Positions 12,791-25,063 of a DNA stretch of 64,000 nucleotides are shown here, piece after piece. A program made the translations under genes and the position numbers. How positions within the stretch are numbered: the first letter of the stretch is position 1; each line of letters opens with the position of its first letter. The notes beneath the pieces are model-generated. The model was given only the letters and a program-made list of their open reading frames with translations, did no database searches and had not been told where the DNA came from. The DNA is taken from positions 30,008,001 through 30,072,000 of the forward strand of contig OZ024750.1 in assembly GCA_964016885.1 (NCBI GenBank). Direction: 5' to 3'. Origin of the DNA: Eledone cirrhosa. Its lineage: Eukaryota.

Positions 12791-15700
12791 CTGCGATGGA
12801 CTGGTGACTTATCCAGGGGAGGCTTGAAACAGACTTTTACACTGCGATGGACTGGTGACTTATCCAGGGGAGGTTTGAAACAGACTTTTACACTGCGATG
12901 GACTGGTGACTTATCCAGGGGAGGCTTGAAACAGACTTTTACACTGCGATGGACTGGTGACTTATCCAGGGGAGGCTTGAAACAGACTTTTACACTGCGA
13001 TGGACTGGTGACTTATCCAGGGGAGGGTTGAAACAGACTTTTATACTGCGATGGACTGGTGACTTATCCAGGGGAGGCTTGAAACAGACTTTTATACTGC
13101 GATGGACTGGTGACTTATCCAGGGGAGGCTTGAAACAGACTTTTACACTGCGATGGACTGGTGACTTATCCAGGGGAGGCTTGAAACAGACTTTTATACT
13201 GCGATGGACTGGTGACTTATCCAGGGGAGGCTTGAAACAGACTTTTACACTGCGATGGACTGGTGACTTATCCAGGGGAGGCTTGAAACAGACTTTTACA
13301 CTGCGATGGACTGGTGACTTATCCAGGGGAGGCTTAAAACAGACTTTTACACTGCGATGGACTGGTGACTTATCCAGGAGAGGTTTGAAACAGACTTTTA
13401 CACTGCGATGGACTGGTGACTTATCCAGGGGAGGTTTGAAACAGACTTTTACACTGCGATGCACTGGTGACTTATCCAGGGGAGGTTTGAAACAGACTTT
13501 TACACTGCGATGCACTGGTGACTTATCCAGGGGAGGTTTGAAACAGACTTTTACACTGCGATGGACTGGTGACTTATCCAGGGGAGGCTTGAAACAGACT
13601 TTTATACTGCGATGGACTGGTGACTTATCCAGGGGAGGCTTGAAACAGACTTTTACACTGCGATGGACTGGTGACTTATCCAGGGGAGGTTTGAAACAGA
13701 CTTTTACACTGCGATGGACTGGTGACTTATCCAGGGAAGGTTTGAAACAGACTTTTACACTGCGATGCACTGGTGACTTATCCAGGGGAGGTTTGAAACA
13801 GACTTTTACACTGCGATGGACTGGTGACTTATCCAGGGGAGGTTTGAAACAGACTTTTACACTGCGATGCACTGGTGACTTATCCAGGGGAGGCTTGAAA
13901 CAGACTTTTACACTGCGATGGACTGGTGACTTATCCAGGAGAGGCTTGAAACAGACTTTTACACTGCGATGGACTGGTGACTTATCCAGGGGAGGCTTGA
14001 AACAGACTTTTACACTGCGATGGACTGGTGACTTATCCAGGGGAGGTTTGAAACAGACTTTTACACTGCGATGGACTGGTGACTTATCCAGGGGAGGTTT
14101 GAAACAGACTTTTACACTGCGATGGACTGGTGACTTATCCAGGGGAGGCTTGAAACAGACTTTTACACTGCGATGGACTGGTGACTTATCCAGGGGAGGT
14201 TTGAAACAGACTTTTACACTGCGATGCACTGGTGACTTATCCAGGGGAGGCTTGAAACAGACTTTTACACTGCGATGGACTGGTGACTTATCCAGGGGAG
14301 GCTTGAAACAGACTTTTACACTGCGATGGACTGGTGACTTATCCAGGGGAGGCTTGAAACAGACTTTTACACTGCGATGCACTGGTGACTTATCCAGGGG
14401 AGGTTTGAAACAGACTTTTACACTGCGATGGACTGGTGACTTATCCAGGGGAGGTTTGAAACAGACTTTTACACTGCGATGGACTGGTGACTTATCCAGG
14501 GAAGGTTTGAAACAGACTTTTACACTGCGATGGACTGGTGACTTATTGAAACAGACTTTTACACTGCGATGGACTGGTGACTTATCCAGGAGAGGCTTGA
14601 AACAGACTTTTACACTGCGATGGACTGGTGACTTATCCAGGAGAGGCTTGAAACAGACTTTTACACTGCGATGGACTGGTGACTTATCCAGGAGAGGCTT
14701 GAAACAGACTTTTACACTGCGATGGACTGGTGACTTATCCAGGAGAGGCTTGAAACAGACTTTTACACTGCGATGGACTGGTGACTTATCCAGGAGAGGC
14801 TTGAAACAGACTTTTACACTGCGATGGACTGGTGACTTATCCAGGAGAGGCTTGAAACAGACTTTTACACTGCGATGGACTGGTGACTTATCCAGGGGAG
14901 GCTTGAAACAGACTTTTATACTGCGATGGACTGGTGACTTATCCAGGGGAGGCTTAAAACAGACTTTTATACTGCGATGGACTGGTGACTTATCCAGGGG
15001 AGGTTTGAAACAGACTTTTATACTGCGATGGACTGGTGACTTATCCAGGGGAGGCTTGAAACAGACTTTTACACTGCGATGGACTGGTGACTTATCCAGG
15101 AGAGGCTTGAAACAGACTTTTACACTGCGATGGACTGGTGACTTATCCAGGAGAGGCTTGAAACAGACTTTTACACTGCGATGGACTGGTGACTTATCCA
15201 GGAGAGGTTTGAAACAGACTTTTACACTGCGATGCACTGGTGACTTATCCAGGGGAGGTTTGAAACAGACTTTTACACTGCGATGGACTGGTGACTTATC
15301 CAGGGGAGGTTTGAAACAGACTTTTACACTGCGATGGACTGGTGACTTATCCAGGGAAGGCTTGAAACAGACTTTTACACTGCGATGGACTGGTGACTTA
15401 TCCAGGGGAGGTTTGAAACAGACTTTTACACTGCGATGGACTGGTGACTTATCCAGGGAAGGCTTGAAACAGACTTTTACACTGCGATGGACTGGTGACT
15501 TATCCAGGGGAGGTTTGAAACAGACTTTTACACTGCGATGGACTGGTGACTTATCCAGGGGAGGTTTGAAACAGACTTTTACACTGCGATGGACTGGTGA
15601 CTTATCCAGGGAAGGCTTGAAACAGACTTTTACACTGCGATGGACTGGTGACTTATCCAGGGGAGGTTTGAAACAGACTTTTACACTGCGATGGACTGGT

Positions 15701-18700
15701 GACTTATCCAGGGGAGGCTTGAAACAGACTTTTACACTGCGATGCACTGGTGACTTATCCAGGGGAGGCTTGAAACAGACTTTTACACTGCGATGCACTG
15801 GTGACTTATCCAGGGGAGGCTTGAAACAGACTTTTACACTGCGATGCACTGGTGACTTATCCAGGGGAGGTTTGAAACAGACTTTTACACTGCGATGGAC
15901 TGGTGACTTATCCAGGGAAGGCTTGAAACAGACTTTTACACTGCGATGGACTGGTGACTTATCCAGGGGAGGCTTGAAACAGACTTTTACACTGCGATGG
16001 ACTGGTGACTTATCCAGGGGAGGTTTGAAACAGACTTTTACACTGCGATGGACTGGTGACTTATCCAGGAGAGGCTTGAAACAGACTTTTACACTGCGAT
16101 GCACTGGTGACTTATCCAGGGGAGGTTTGAAACAGACTTTTACACTGCGATGGACTGGTGACTTATCCAGGGGAGGTTTGAAACAGACTTTTACACTGCG
16201 ATGGACTCGTGACTTATCCAGGGGAGGTTTGAAACAGACTTTTACACTGCGATGCACTGGTGACTTATCCAGGGGAGGTTTGAAACAGACTTTTACACTG
16301 CGATGCACTGGTGACTTATCCAGGGGAGGCTTGAAACAGACTTTTACACTGCGATGGACTGGTGACTTATCCAGGGAAGGCTTGAAACAGACTTTTACAC
16401 TGCGATGGACTGGTGACTTATCCAGGGGAGGCTTGAAACAGACTTTTACACTGCGATGGACTGGTGACTTATCCAGGGGAGGTTTGAAACAGACTTTTAC
16501 ACTGCGATGGACTGGTGACTTATCCAGGAGAGGCTTGAAACAGACTTTTACACTGCGATGCACTGGTGACTTATCCAGGGGAGGTTTGAAACAGACTTTT
16601 ACACTGCGATGGACTGGTGACTTATCCAGGGGAGGTTTGAAACAGACTTTTACACTGCGATGGACTGGTGACTTATCCAGGGGAGGTTTGAAACAGACTT
16701 TTACACTGCGATGGACTGGTGACTTATCCAGGGGAGGTTTGAAACAGACTTTTACACTGCGATGGACTGGTGACTTATCCAGGGGAGGCTTGAAACAGAC
16801 TTTTACACTGCGATGGACTGGTGACTTATCCAGGGGAGGTTTGAAACAGACTTTTACACTGCGATGGACTGGTGACTTATCCAGGAGAGGCTTGAAACAG
16901 ACTTTTACACTGCGATGCACTGGTGACTTATCCAGGGGAGGTTTGAAACAGACTTTTACACTGCGATGGACTGGTGACTTATCCAGGGGAGGTTTGAAAC
17001 AGACTTTTACACTGTGATGGACTGGTGACTTATCCAGGGGAGGTTTGAAACAGACTTTTACACTGCGATGGACTGGTGACTTATCCAGGGGAGCTTTGAA
17101 ACAGACTTTTACACTGCGATGGACTGGTGACTTATCCAGGAGAGGCTTGAAACAGACTTTTATACTGCGATGCACTGGTGACTTATCCAGGGAAGGTTTG
17201 AAACAGACTTTTACACTGCGATGCACTGGTGACTTATCCAGGGAAGGTTTGAAACAGACTTTTACACTGCGATGCACTGGTGACTTATCCAGGGGAGGCT
17301 TGAAACAGACTTTTACACTGCGATGCACTGGTGACTTATCCAGGGGAGGCTTGAAACAGACTTTTACACTGCGATGCACTGGTGACTTATCCAGGGGAGG
17401 CTTGAAACAGACTTTTACACTGCGATGCACTGGTGACTTATCCAGGGGAGGCTTGAAACAGACTTTTACACTGCGATGCACTGGTGACTTATCCAGGGGA
17501 GGCTTGAAACAGACTTTTACACTGCGATGCACTGGTGACTTATCCAGGGGAGGTTTGAAACAGACTTTTACACTGCGATGCACTGGTGACTTATCCAGGG
17601 GAGGCTTGAAACAGACTTTTACACTGCGATGCACTGGTGACTTATCCAGGGGAGGCTTGAAACAGACTTTTACACTGCGATGCACTGGTGACTTATCCAG
17701 GGGAGGTTTGAAACAGACTTTTACACTGCGATGCACTGGTGACTTATCCAGGGAAGGTTTGAAACAGACTTTTACACTGCGATGCACTGGTGACTTATCC
17801 AGGAGAGGCTTGAAACAGACTTTTACACTGCGATGCACTGGTGACTTATCCAGGGGAGGCTTGAAACAGACTTTTACACTGCGATGCACTGGTGACTTAT
17901 CCAGGGGAGGTTTGAAACAGACTTTTACACTGCGATGCACTGGTGACTTATCCAGGGAAGGTTTGAAACAGACTTTTACACTGCGATGCACTGGTGACTT
18001 ATCCAGGGGAGGCTTGAAACAGACTTTTACACTGCGATGCACTGGTGACTTATCCAGGGGAGGCTTGAAACAGACTTTTACACTGCGATGGACTGGTGAC
18101 TTATCCAGGGGAGGTTTGAAACAGACTTTTACACTGCGATGGACTGGTGACTTATCCAGGGGAGGCTTGAAACAGACTTTTACACTGCGATGGACTGGTG
18201 ACTTATCCAGGGAAGGCTTGAAACAGACTTTTACACTGCGATGCACTGGTGACTTATCCAGGGAAGGCTTGAAACAGACTTTTACACTGCGATGCACTGG
18301 TGACTTATCCAGGGAAGGCTTGAAACAGACTTTTACACTGCGATGCACTGGTGACTTATCCAGGGGAGGCTTGAAACAGACTTTTACACTGCGATGCACT
18401 GGTGACTTAACCAGGGAAGGTTTGAAACAGACTTTTACACTGCGATGCACTGGTGACTTATCCAGGGAAGGCTTGAAACAGACTTTTACACTGCGATGGA
18501 CTGGTGACTTATCCAGGGAAGGCTTGAAACAGACTTTTACACTGCGATGCACTGGTGACTTATCCAGGGAAGGCTTGAAACAGACTTTTACACTGCGATG
18601 CACTGGTGACTTATCCAGGGAAGGCTTGAAACAGACTTTTACACTGCGATGCACTGGTGACTTATCCAGGGGAGGCTTGAAACAGACTTTTACACTGCGA

Positions 18701-19336
18701 TGCACTGGTGACTTATCCAGGGAAGGTTTGAAACAGACTTTTACACTGCGATGCACTGGTGACTTATCCAGGGAAGGCTTGAAACATACTTTTACACTGC
18801 GATGCACTGGTGACTTATCCAGGGGAGGTTTGAAACAGACTTTTACACTGCGATGCACTGGTGACTTATCCAGGGGAGGTTTGAAACAGACTTTTACACT
18901 GCGATGCACTGGTGACTTATCCAGGGGAGGTTTGAAACAGACTTTTACACTGCGATGGACTGGTGACTTATCCAGGGGAGGTTTGAAACAGACTTTTACA
19001 CTGCGATGCACTGGTGACTTATCCAGGAGAGGCTTGAAACAGACTTTTACACTGCGATGGACTGGTGACTTATCCAGGGGAGGTTTGAAACAGACTTTTA
19101 CACTGCGATGCACTGGTGACTTATCCAGGGGAGGTTTGAAACAGACTTTTACACTGCGATGGACTGGTGACTTATCCAGGGGAGGCTTGAAACAGACTTT
19201 TACACTGCGATGGACTGGTGACTTATCCAGGGGAGGCTTGAAACAGACTTTTACACTGCGATGGACTGGTGACTTATCCAGGGGAGGCTTGAAACAGACT
19301 TTTACACTGCGATGGACTGGTGACTTATCCAGGGGA
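12771..19336. repeat. 51-bp minisatellite, about 128 copies (6.6 kb), intronic
   Basis: Unit gg(c/t)ttgaaacagactttta(c/t)actgcgatg(g/c)actggtgacttatccagg(gg/ag/ga)a; one unit with a 12-bp deletion near 14546. Confidence 0.98.
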
Positions 19337-19521
19337 AAAGTCTTGTACCCTCAGTCGCTTCACGCCAGGGAAACTGGGATAGACATCAATCTGATGAGCC
19401 TCCAGGCTCAAGACTTTTCTAGAAACTAAAAGATATGTTTCGTCTTTCTATAACTCCATCACATTAAATAATACTGTTTGTTTTTTTTGCTTTGTTTTTT
19501 ACATTTCTTTTTTAACTTCAG

Positions 19522-19575
19522 TTTGTGGTTTCAGAAGGAAGAAGAAGGTGAAATACAATATGAAGAACAACAAAG
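19522..19575 (+). CDS. MPP6: MAGUK p55 exon, basic HOOK (4.1-binding-like) segment
   Basis: cag|TT...AAAG|gtata; (F)CGFRRKKKVKYNMKNNK(D); phase 1/1 fits both neighbours. Confidence 0.85.
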
Positions 19576-19736
19576 GTATAATATTCTAGTGAACTTCCAT
19601 GTAATTCTCTTCTCTTCTCTTTAAAAATATTGTTTTATAGATGATCTCTCCATACTTAATGTTACCCAGAGGGGGAGGGGGTACATCCAACCATAGAAAC
19701 ATCATCGTCATCACTGTTTTATGTTTATTTTCCATA

Positions 19737-20503
19737 CTGGCATAAGTTAGACACTGTGTCATGTCCAGAGATTAGACATGTCTGGTGACCACATCTCACT
19801 GGCATAAGTTAGACACTGTGTCATGTCCAGAGATTAGACTAGTCTGATGACCACATCTCATTGGCATAAGTTAGACACTGTGTCATGTCCAGAGATTAGA
19901 CTAGTCTGATGACCACATCTCATTGGCATAAGTTAGACACTGTGTCATGTCCAGAGATTAGACTAGTCTGATGACCACATCTCATTGGCATAAGTTAGAC
20001 ACTGTGTCATGTCCAGAGATTAGACTAGTCTGATGACCACATCTCACTGGCATAAGTTAGACACTGTGTCATGTCCAGAGATTAGACATGTCTGATGACC
20101 ACATCTCACTGGCATAAGTTAGACACTGTGTCATGTCCAGAGATTAGACATGTCTGATGACCACATCTCATTGGCATAAGTTAGACACTGTGTCATGTCC
20201 AGAGATTAGACATGTCTGATGACCATATCTCACTGGCATAAGTTAGACACTGTGTCATGTCCAGAGATTAGACATGTCTGATGACCACATCTCACTGGCA
20301 TAAGTTAGACATTGTCATGTCTAGAGATTAGACATGTCTGATGACCACATCTCACTGGCATAGCTTAGACACTGTCATGTCCAGAGATTAGACATGTCTG
20401 ATGACCACATCTCACTGGCATAAGTTAGACACTGTGTCATGTCCAGAGATTAGACATGTCTGATGACCACATCTCACTGACATAAGTTAGACACTGTGTC
20501 ATG
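19737..20503. repeat. 62-bp minisatellite, about 12 copies
   Basis: ggcataagttagacactgtgtcatgtccagagattagacatgtctgatgaccacatctcact. Confidence 0.95.
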
Positions 20504-21025
20504 TCATCTTCACTCAGGTTGAGAAAGCAGTGATGGGAGTGGGGAAGATGAGAGCATGTGTACATGCCAAATATGGAGTCTAGAAGTAAGATTTTTGGTC
20601 CTCTGACCCCCCTCGAAGAGCAGTATCTCCAAATATTAATGAACTTGTACTGTAACAACCCATCGAACCCATGCCAGATTGGGAAAAAGAATGGATGATG
20701 ATGACGATGATAGTGTAACTACATTTTATCAATGATTGATTGAATATAAGATCAATAATACTTTGGTCTTGTCACATCAAAGACATAACAACCTCTCTTG
20801 TGCTGGTGCCATCGTATGATAGAAATGCACCTATTACACTCTGTAAAATGGTTGGCATTAGGAAGAGGATCCAGCTGTAGAAACTATTTGAAATATGGAA
20901 CGTGTGAGCAAGATGATGTCTCTCTGACCCCTCTAAACTTGGACCCTGATAAATGACTGATCTTATGTCTTCATGGAAAACTGACATTGATGATGATGAT
21001 GATGATGATACATTTATTCTTTCAG

Positions 21026-21187
21026 ATTTTGATGCCTGTGACTTGATGATTTATGAAGAAGTCATAAAAATGCCCCAATTTCAGCGAAAGACTTTGGTAC
21101 TGGTTGGTGCAACAGGGGTTGGGCGCCGATCACTGAAAGAGCGGCTACTAAAGAACGATCCTAGGTTATTTGCTGCTGCCATGCCTC
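21026..21187 (+). CDS. MPP6: MAGUK p55 exon, start of guanylate kinase-like domain
   Basis: ttcag|AT...CCTC|gtaag; (D)FDACDLMIYEEVIKMPQFQRKTLVLVGATGVGRRSLKERLLKNDPRLFAAAMP(H). Confidence 0.95.
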
Positions 21188-21339
21188 GTAAGTAGAGAAT
21201 TGTTTAGAAACCATGCTAAAAAAATGGTATGTATGAGCTAGATGTGGTGGTTCTCACACCAGACTAGTCTCAGACCTAGACGACTTGTCAGGCACATTAC
21301 AGTGTAGAAAATGGATGACACTAGTATAGTCTCAGACCT

Positions 21340-21389
21340 TCACTACCACCATCACCACCATCATCATCACCACCACCATCCTCACCATC

Positions 21390-21420
<31 letters not shown>

Positions 21421-21662
21421 CCATCATCATCATCACCACCATCATCATCATCATCACCATCATCACCACCATCACCACCGCCATTATCATCATCACCATC
21501 GCCATCACCATCACCACCACCACCACCACCACCATCACCACCATTATCACCATCATCGCCATCACCATCATCATCACCACCACCATCACCACCACCACCA
21601 CCACCACCACCACCACCACCACCACCACCACCACCACCACCACCACTACCACCATCACCACA
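21340..21662. repeat. (CAC/CAT)n trinucleotide repeat
   Basis: Direct reading; followed by a SINE 3' fragment. Confidence 0.95.
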
Positions 21663-21867
21663 GGTTGACTTTGCCTTTCATCCTTGCAGGGTCGATAAAA
21701 TAAAGTACCAGTGATACACTGGGCTAATTGCTGGCCTTGTGCCAAAAAGTAGAAACAATTATTATTGTTGTTATTTTTGTGTTGTGTGAGCAGAAATGAT
21801 GTGCGGAGCCCTGCGTATGGGATGAATTTCTAATTGTGATTTTGCTGTCAAAGTGTTCACATTCGGT

Positions 21868-22947
21868 TGGTGGTGGACATTAGGTAGAGTGACTCAGTGG
21901 TGGTGTGGTGGACATTAGGTAGAGTGACTCAGTGGTGGTGTGGTGGACATTAGGTAGAGTGACTCAGTGGTGGTGTGGTGGACATTAGGTAGAGTGACTC
22001 AGTGGTGGTGTGGTGGACATTAGGTAGAGTGACTCAGTGGTGGTGTGGTGGACATTAGGTAGAGTGACTCAGTGGTGGTGTGGTGGACATTAGGTAGAGT
22101 GACTCAGTGGTGGTGTGGTGGACATTAGGTAGAGTGACTCAGTGGTGGTGTGGTGGACATTAGGTAGAGTGAATCAGTGGTGGTGTGGTGGACATTAGGT
22201 AGAGTGACTCAGTGGTGGTGTGGTGGACATTAGGTAGAGTGAATCAGTGGTGGTGTGGTGGACATTAGGTAGAGTGACTCAGTGGTGGTGTGGTGGACAT
22301 TAGGTAGAGTGACTCAGTGGTGGTGTGGTGGACATTAGGTAGAGTGACTCAGTGGTGGTGTGGTGGACATTAGGTAGAGTGACTCAGTGGTGGTGTGGTG
22401 GACATTAGGTAGAGTGAATCAGTGGTGGTGTGGTGGACATTAGGTAGAGTGAATCAGTGGTGGTGTGGTGGACATTAGGTAGAGTGACTCAGTGGTGGTG
22501 TGGTGGACATTAGGTAGAGTGACTCAGTGGTGGTGTGGTGGACATTAGGTAGAGTGACTCAGTGGTGGTGTGGTGGACATTAGGTAGAGTGACTCAGTGG
22601 TGGTGTGGTGGACATTAGGTAGAGTGAATCAGTGGTGGTGTGGTGGACATTAGGTAGAGTGAATCAGTGGTGGTGTGGTGGACATTAGGTAGAGTGACTC
22701 AGTGGTGGTGTGGTGGACATTAGGTAGAGTGACTCAGTGGTGGTGTGGTGGACATTAGGTAGAGTGACTCAGTGGTGGTGTGGTGGACATTAGGTAGAGT
22801 GACTCAGTGGTGGTGTGGTGGACATTAGGTAGAGTGACTCAGTGGTGGTGTGGTGGACATTAGGTAGAGTGACTCAGTGGTGGTGTGGTGGACATTAGGT
22901 AGAGTGAATCAGTGGTGGTGTGGTGGACATTAGGTAGAGTGAATCAG
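21868..22947. repeat. 35-bp minisatellite, about 31 copies
   Basis: tggtggacattaggtagagtga(c/a)tcagtggtggtg. Confidence 0.97.
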
Positions 22948-23371
22948 AAAATTTGTAGAAGAATGTTATTGTATTTGAAAGACTCGTCTCTCATATTACA
23001 ATAAATTTAGATTTTAAATAAACAACTCATTGGGCATCAGTTCTCGTGGGTCGTAGACTGCTGACCCCTGCCCTAAACCCTCAATTATTTAAACTGCTCT
23101 GTCAAACCCATTATCTAACAACTACTATAGGTAAAAATACAGTGCTGGGGACTACGTGGTCACACAGTCATATCTTTATTTTTCTTACCTTATAATTCTC
23201 ATTCTCTTTATATCCTCATTAAGATCTTTATATCTAAACATGTACAACATCCAATCCAAAATAAATGAGGTTGTGTAGGTGTCACGACAAAAAAACACAC
23301 AGTCCACGCTGTAATGTGGCCATGTAGGTAACACGGTAAAAACCTCCCAGTCCACGCTGTAAACGTGGTTG

Positions 23372-23745
23372 GTGTTAGGAAGGGCATCCAGCCATAGAAA
23401 ACCCACCAAACAGTCCTATACAAGCAAGACAACCAATCTTGCCTCAAGTGGGTAAATTCCCGTCCAAACCCATGCAAGCGTGGAAGAAGTGTTAGGAAGG
23501 GCATCCAGCCATAGAAAACCCACCAAACAGTCCTATACGAGCAAGACAACCAATCTTGCCTCAAGTGGGTAAATTCCCGTCCAAACCCATGCAAGCGTGG
23601 AAGAAGTGTTAGGAAGGGCATCCAGCCATAGAAAACCCACCAAACAGTCCTATACGAGCAAGACAACCAATCTTGCCTCAAGTGGGTAAATTCCCGTCCA
23701 AACCCATGCAAGCGTGGAAGATGGACGTTAAACGATGATGATGAT
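23372..23745 (+). repeat. 117-bp tandem triplication of a SINE-like 3' segment ending in (GAT)n
   Basis: gtgttaggaagggcatccagccatagaaaacc starts at 23372, 23489 and 23606. Confidence 0.9.
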
Positions 23746-23884
23746 GTACAGATTGTTTTTAACTTTTTTTTTTTCAATTTTATTCTCTTAAAATTGTTTG
23801 TATGTTGTCAATGTTTCTAATTAAATAATTAAATCATTCATAACACATTTGAATTCTAATTTAGTAAATTAAAAAAAACACTGT

Positions 23885-24309
23885 TTGTGTCTGTGTGTGT
23901 GTTTGTCTGTGTATGCCTGTGTCTCTGTGTATGTCTATGTGTGTATGCCTGTGTCTCTGTGTATGTATGTGTGTATGCCTGTCTCTGTGTATGTCTGTGT
24001 GTCTGTCTGACTGTATGCCTGTGTCTTTGTGTATGTCTGTGTATGTATGTCTGTATGTGTGTATGCCTGTGTCTCTTTGTATGCCTGTCTCTGTATGTCT
24101 GTGTGTCTGTCTGACTGTATGCCTGTGTCTGTGTATGTATGTCTGAATGTGTGTATGCCTGTCTCTGTGTGTATGTCTGTGTGTCTGTCTGATTGTATGC
24201 CTGTCTTTGTGTATGTCTGTCTGTATGTATGTCTGCCTGTGTCTCTCTATGTCTGTCTGTCCGCCTGTGTCTCTGTATGTCTGTGTGTCTGTGTGTGTGT
24301 CTGTCTGTC

Positions 24310-24345
<36 letters not shown>

Positions 24346-24368
24346 TCTCTGTGTGTGTGTATGTCTGT

Positions 24369-24415
<47 letters not shown>
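23885..24415. repeat. Complex (TG/TC)n microsatellite
   Basis: Direct reading. Confidence 0.95.
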
Positions 24416-24877
24416 ACATGGCTAAGAAGTTAAGAATTACTCATATATAAGCCAAGAAATATGTGACAAAAAATATTGATGGTAAAATGGCATGGGCATG
24501 GGGCCGAAACACTCCTAAAAGTTTCTTACCACTGATGTACCAGTGATATACTGAGACTTACAAGTAACTGATTAACAATAACAAAACCCTTTTGGTACTA
24601 ACTTGTCCCAAACCAATTCCAGTTGTATAAAACAAAACTATCCATTATTAAAGGGTTCCAATTTAAATAATAATAATAATAATGAAATTATTGTGTAAAG
24701 TGCTCAGGTGCACTACAACTCGTCAAAGGTGTATGTATAGTACATAGAATAATACACAAATGTCAGGGAAGTACATGTGTGTATGTGTTAGCTGTAGTGT
24801 TGGTTCTCGGGAAGCATGGAGGCCTTAAAGGATGCAGTGTAAAAAAACCATGAGATAAACAACAACAACAACATATA

Positions 24878-25063
24878 ATTGTTTCTACTTTAGGCACAAG
24901 GCCAGCCATTACCCCAGAGCATTACTGGTACTTTATTTTATCGACCCCGTAAGGATGAAAGGCAAAGTCAACCTCGGCGGGATTTGAATTCAGATCGTAA
25001 AGGGACGTAACTATGCTGGAAAGCATGGCATCCGACCCTCTACCGATACTGCCAATCCACCAC
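24878..25063 (-). mobile_element. Near full-length tRNA-derived SINE whose 5' head is amplified into the adjacent array
   Basis: Reverse complement of the SINE at 54914-55102. Confidence 0.9.

Noticed and set aside
12691-19429. 2140-, 1414- and 794-aa ORFs
   Set aside because: They are translations of a 51-bp unit (multiple of 3) lacking stops in one frame per strand. The array is intronic and SINE-derived, with no unique domain.
19737-20503. CTGATGA in the 62-bp units as a tandem ribozyme satellite
   Set aside because: The unit has no GAAA, so the core cannot form.
21311-21745. Poly-His / poly-Val ORFs
   Set aside because: Intronic CAC/CAT microsatellite running into a SINE fragment.
12771-22947. 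CRISPR-like arrays
   Set aside because: Units are contiguous with no unique spacers, the context is eukaryotic, and no cas genes are present.
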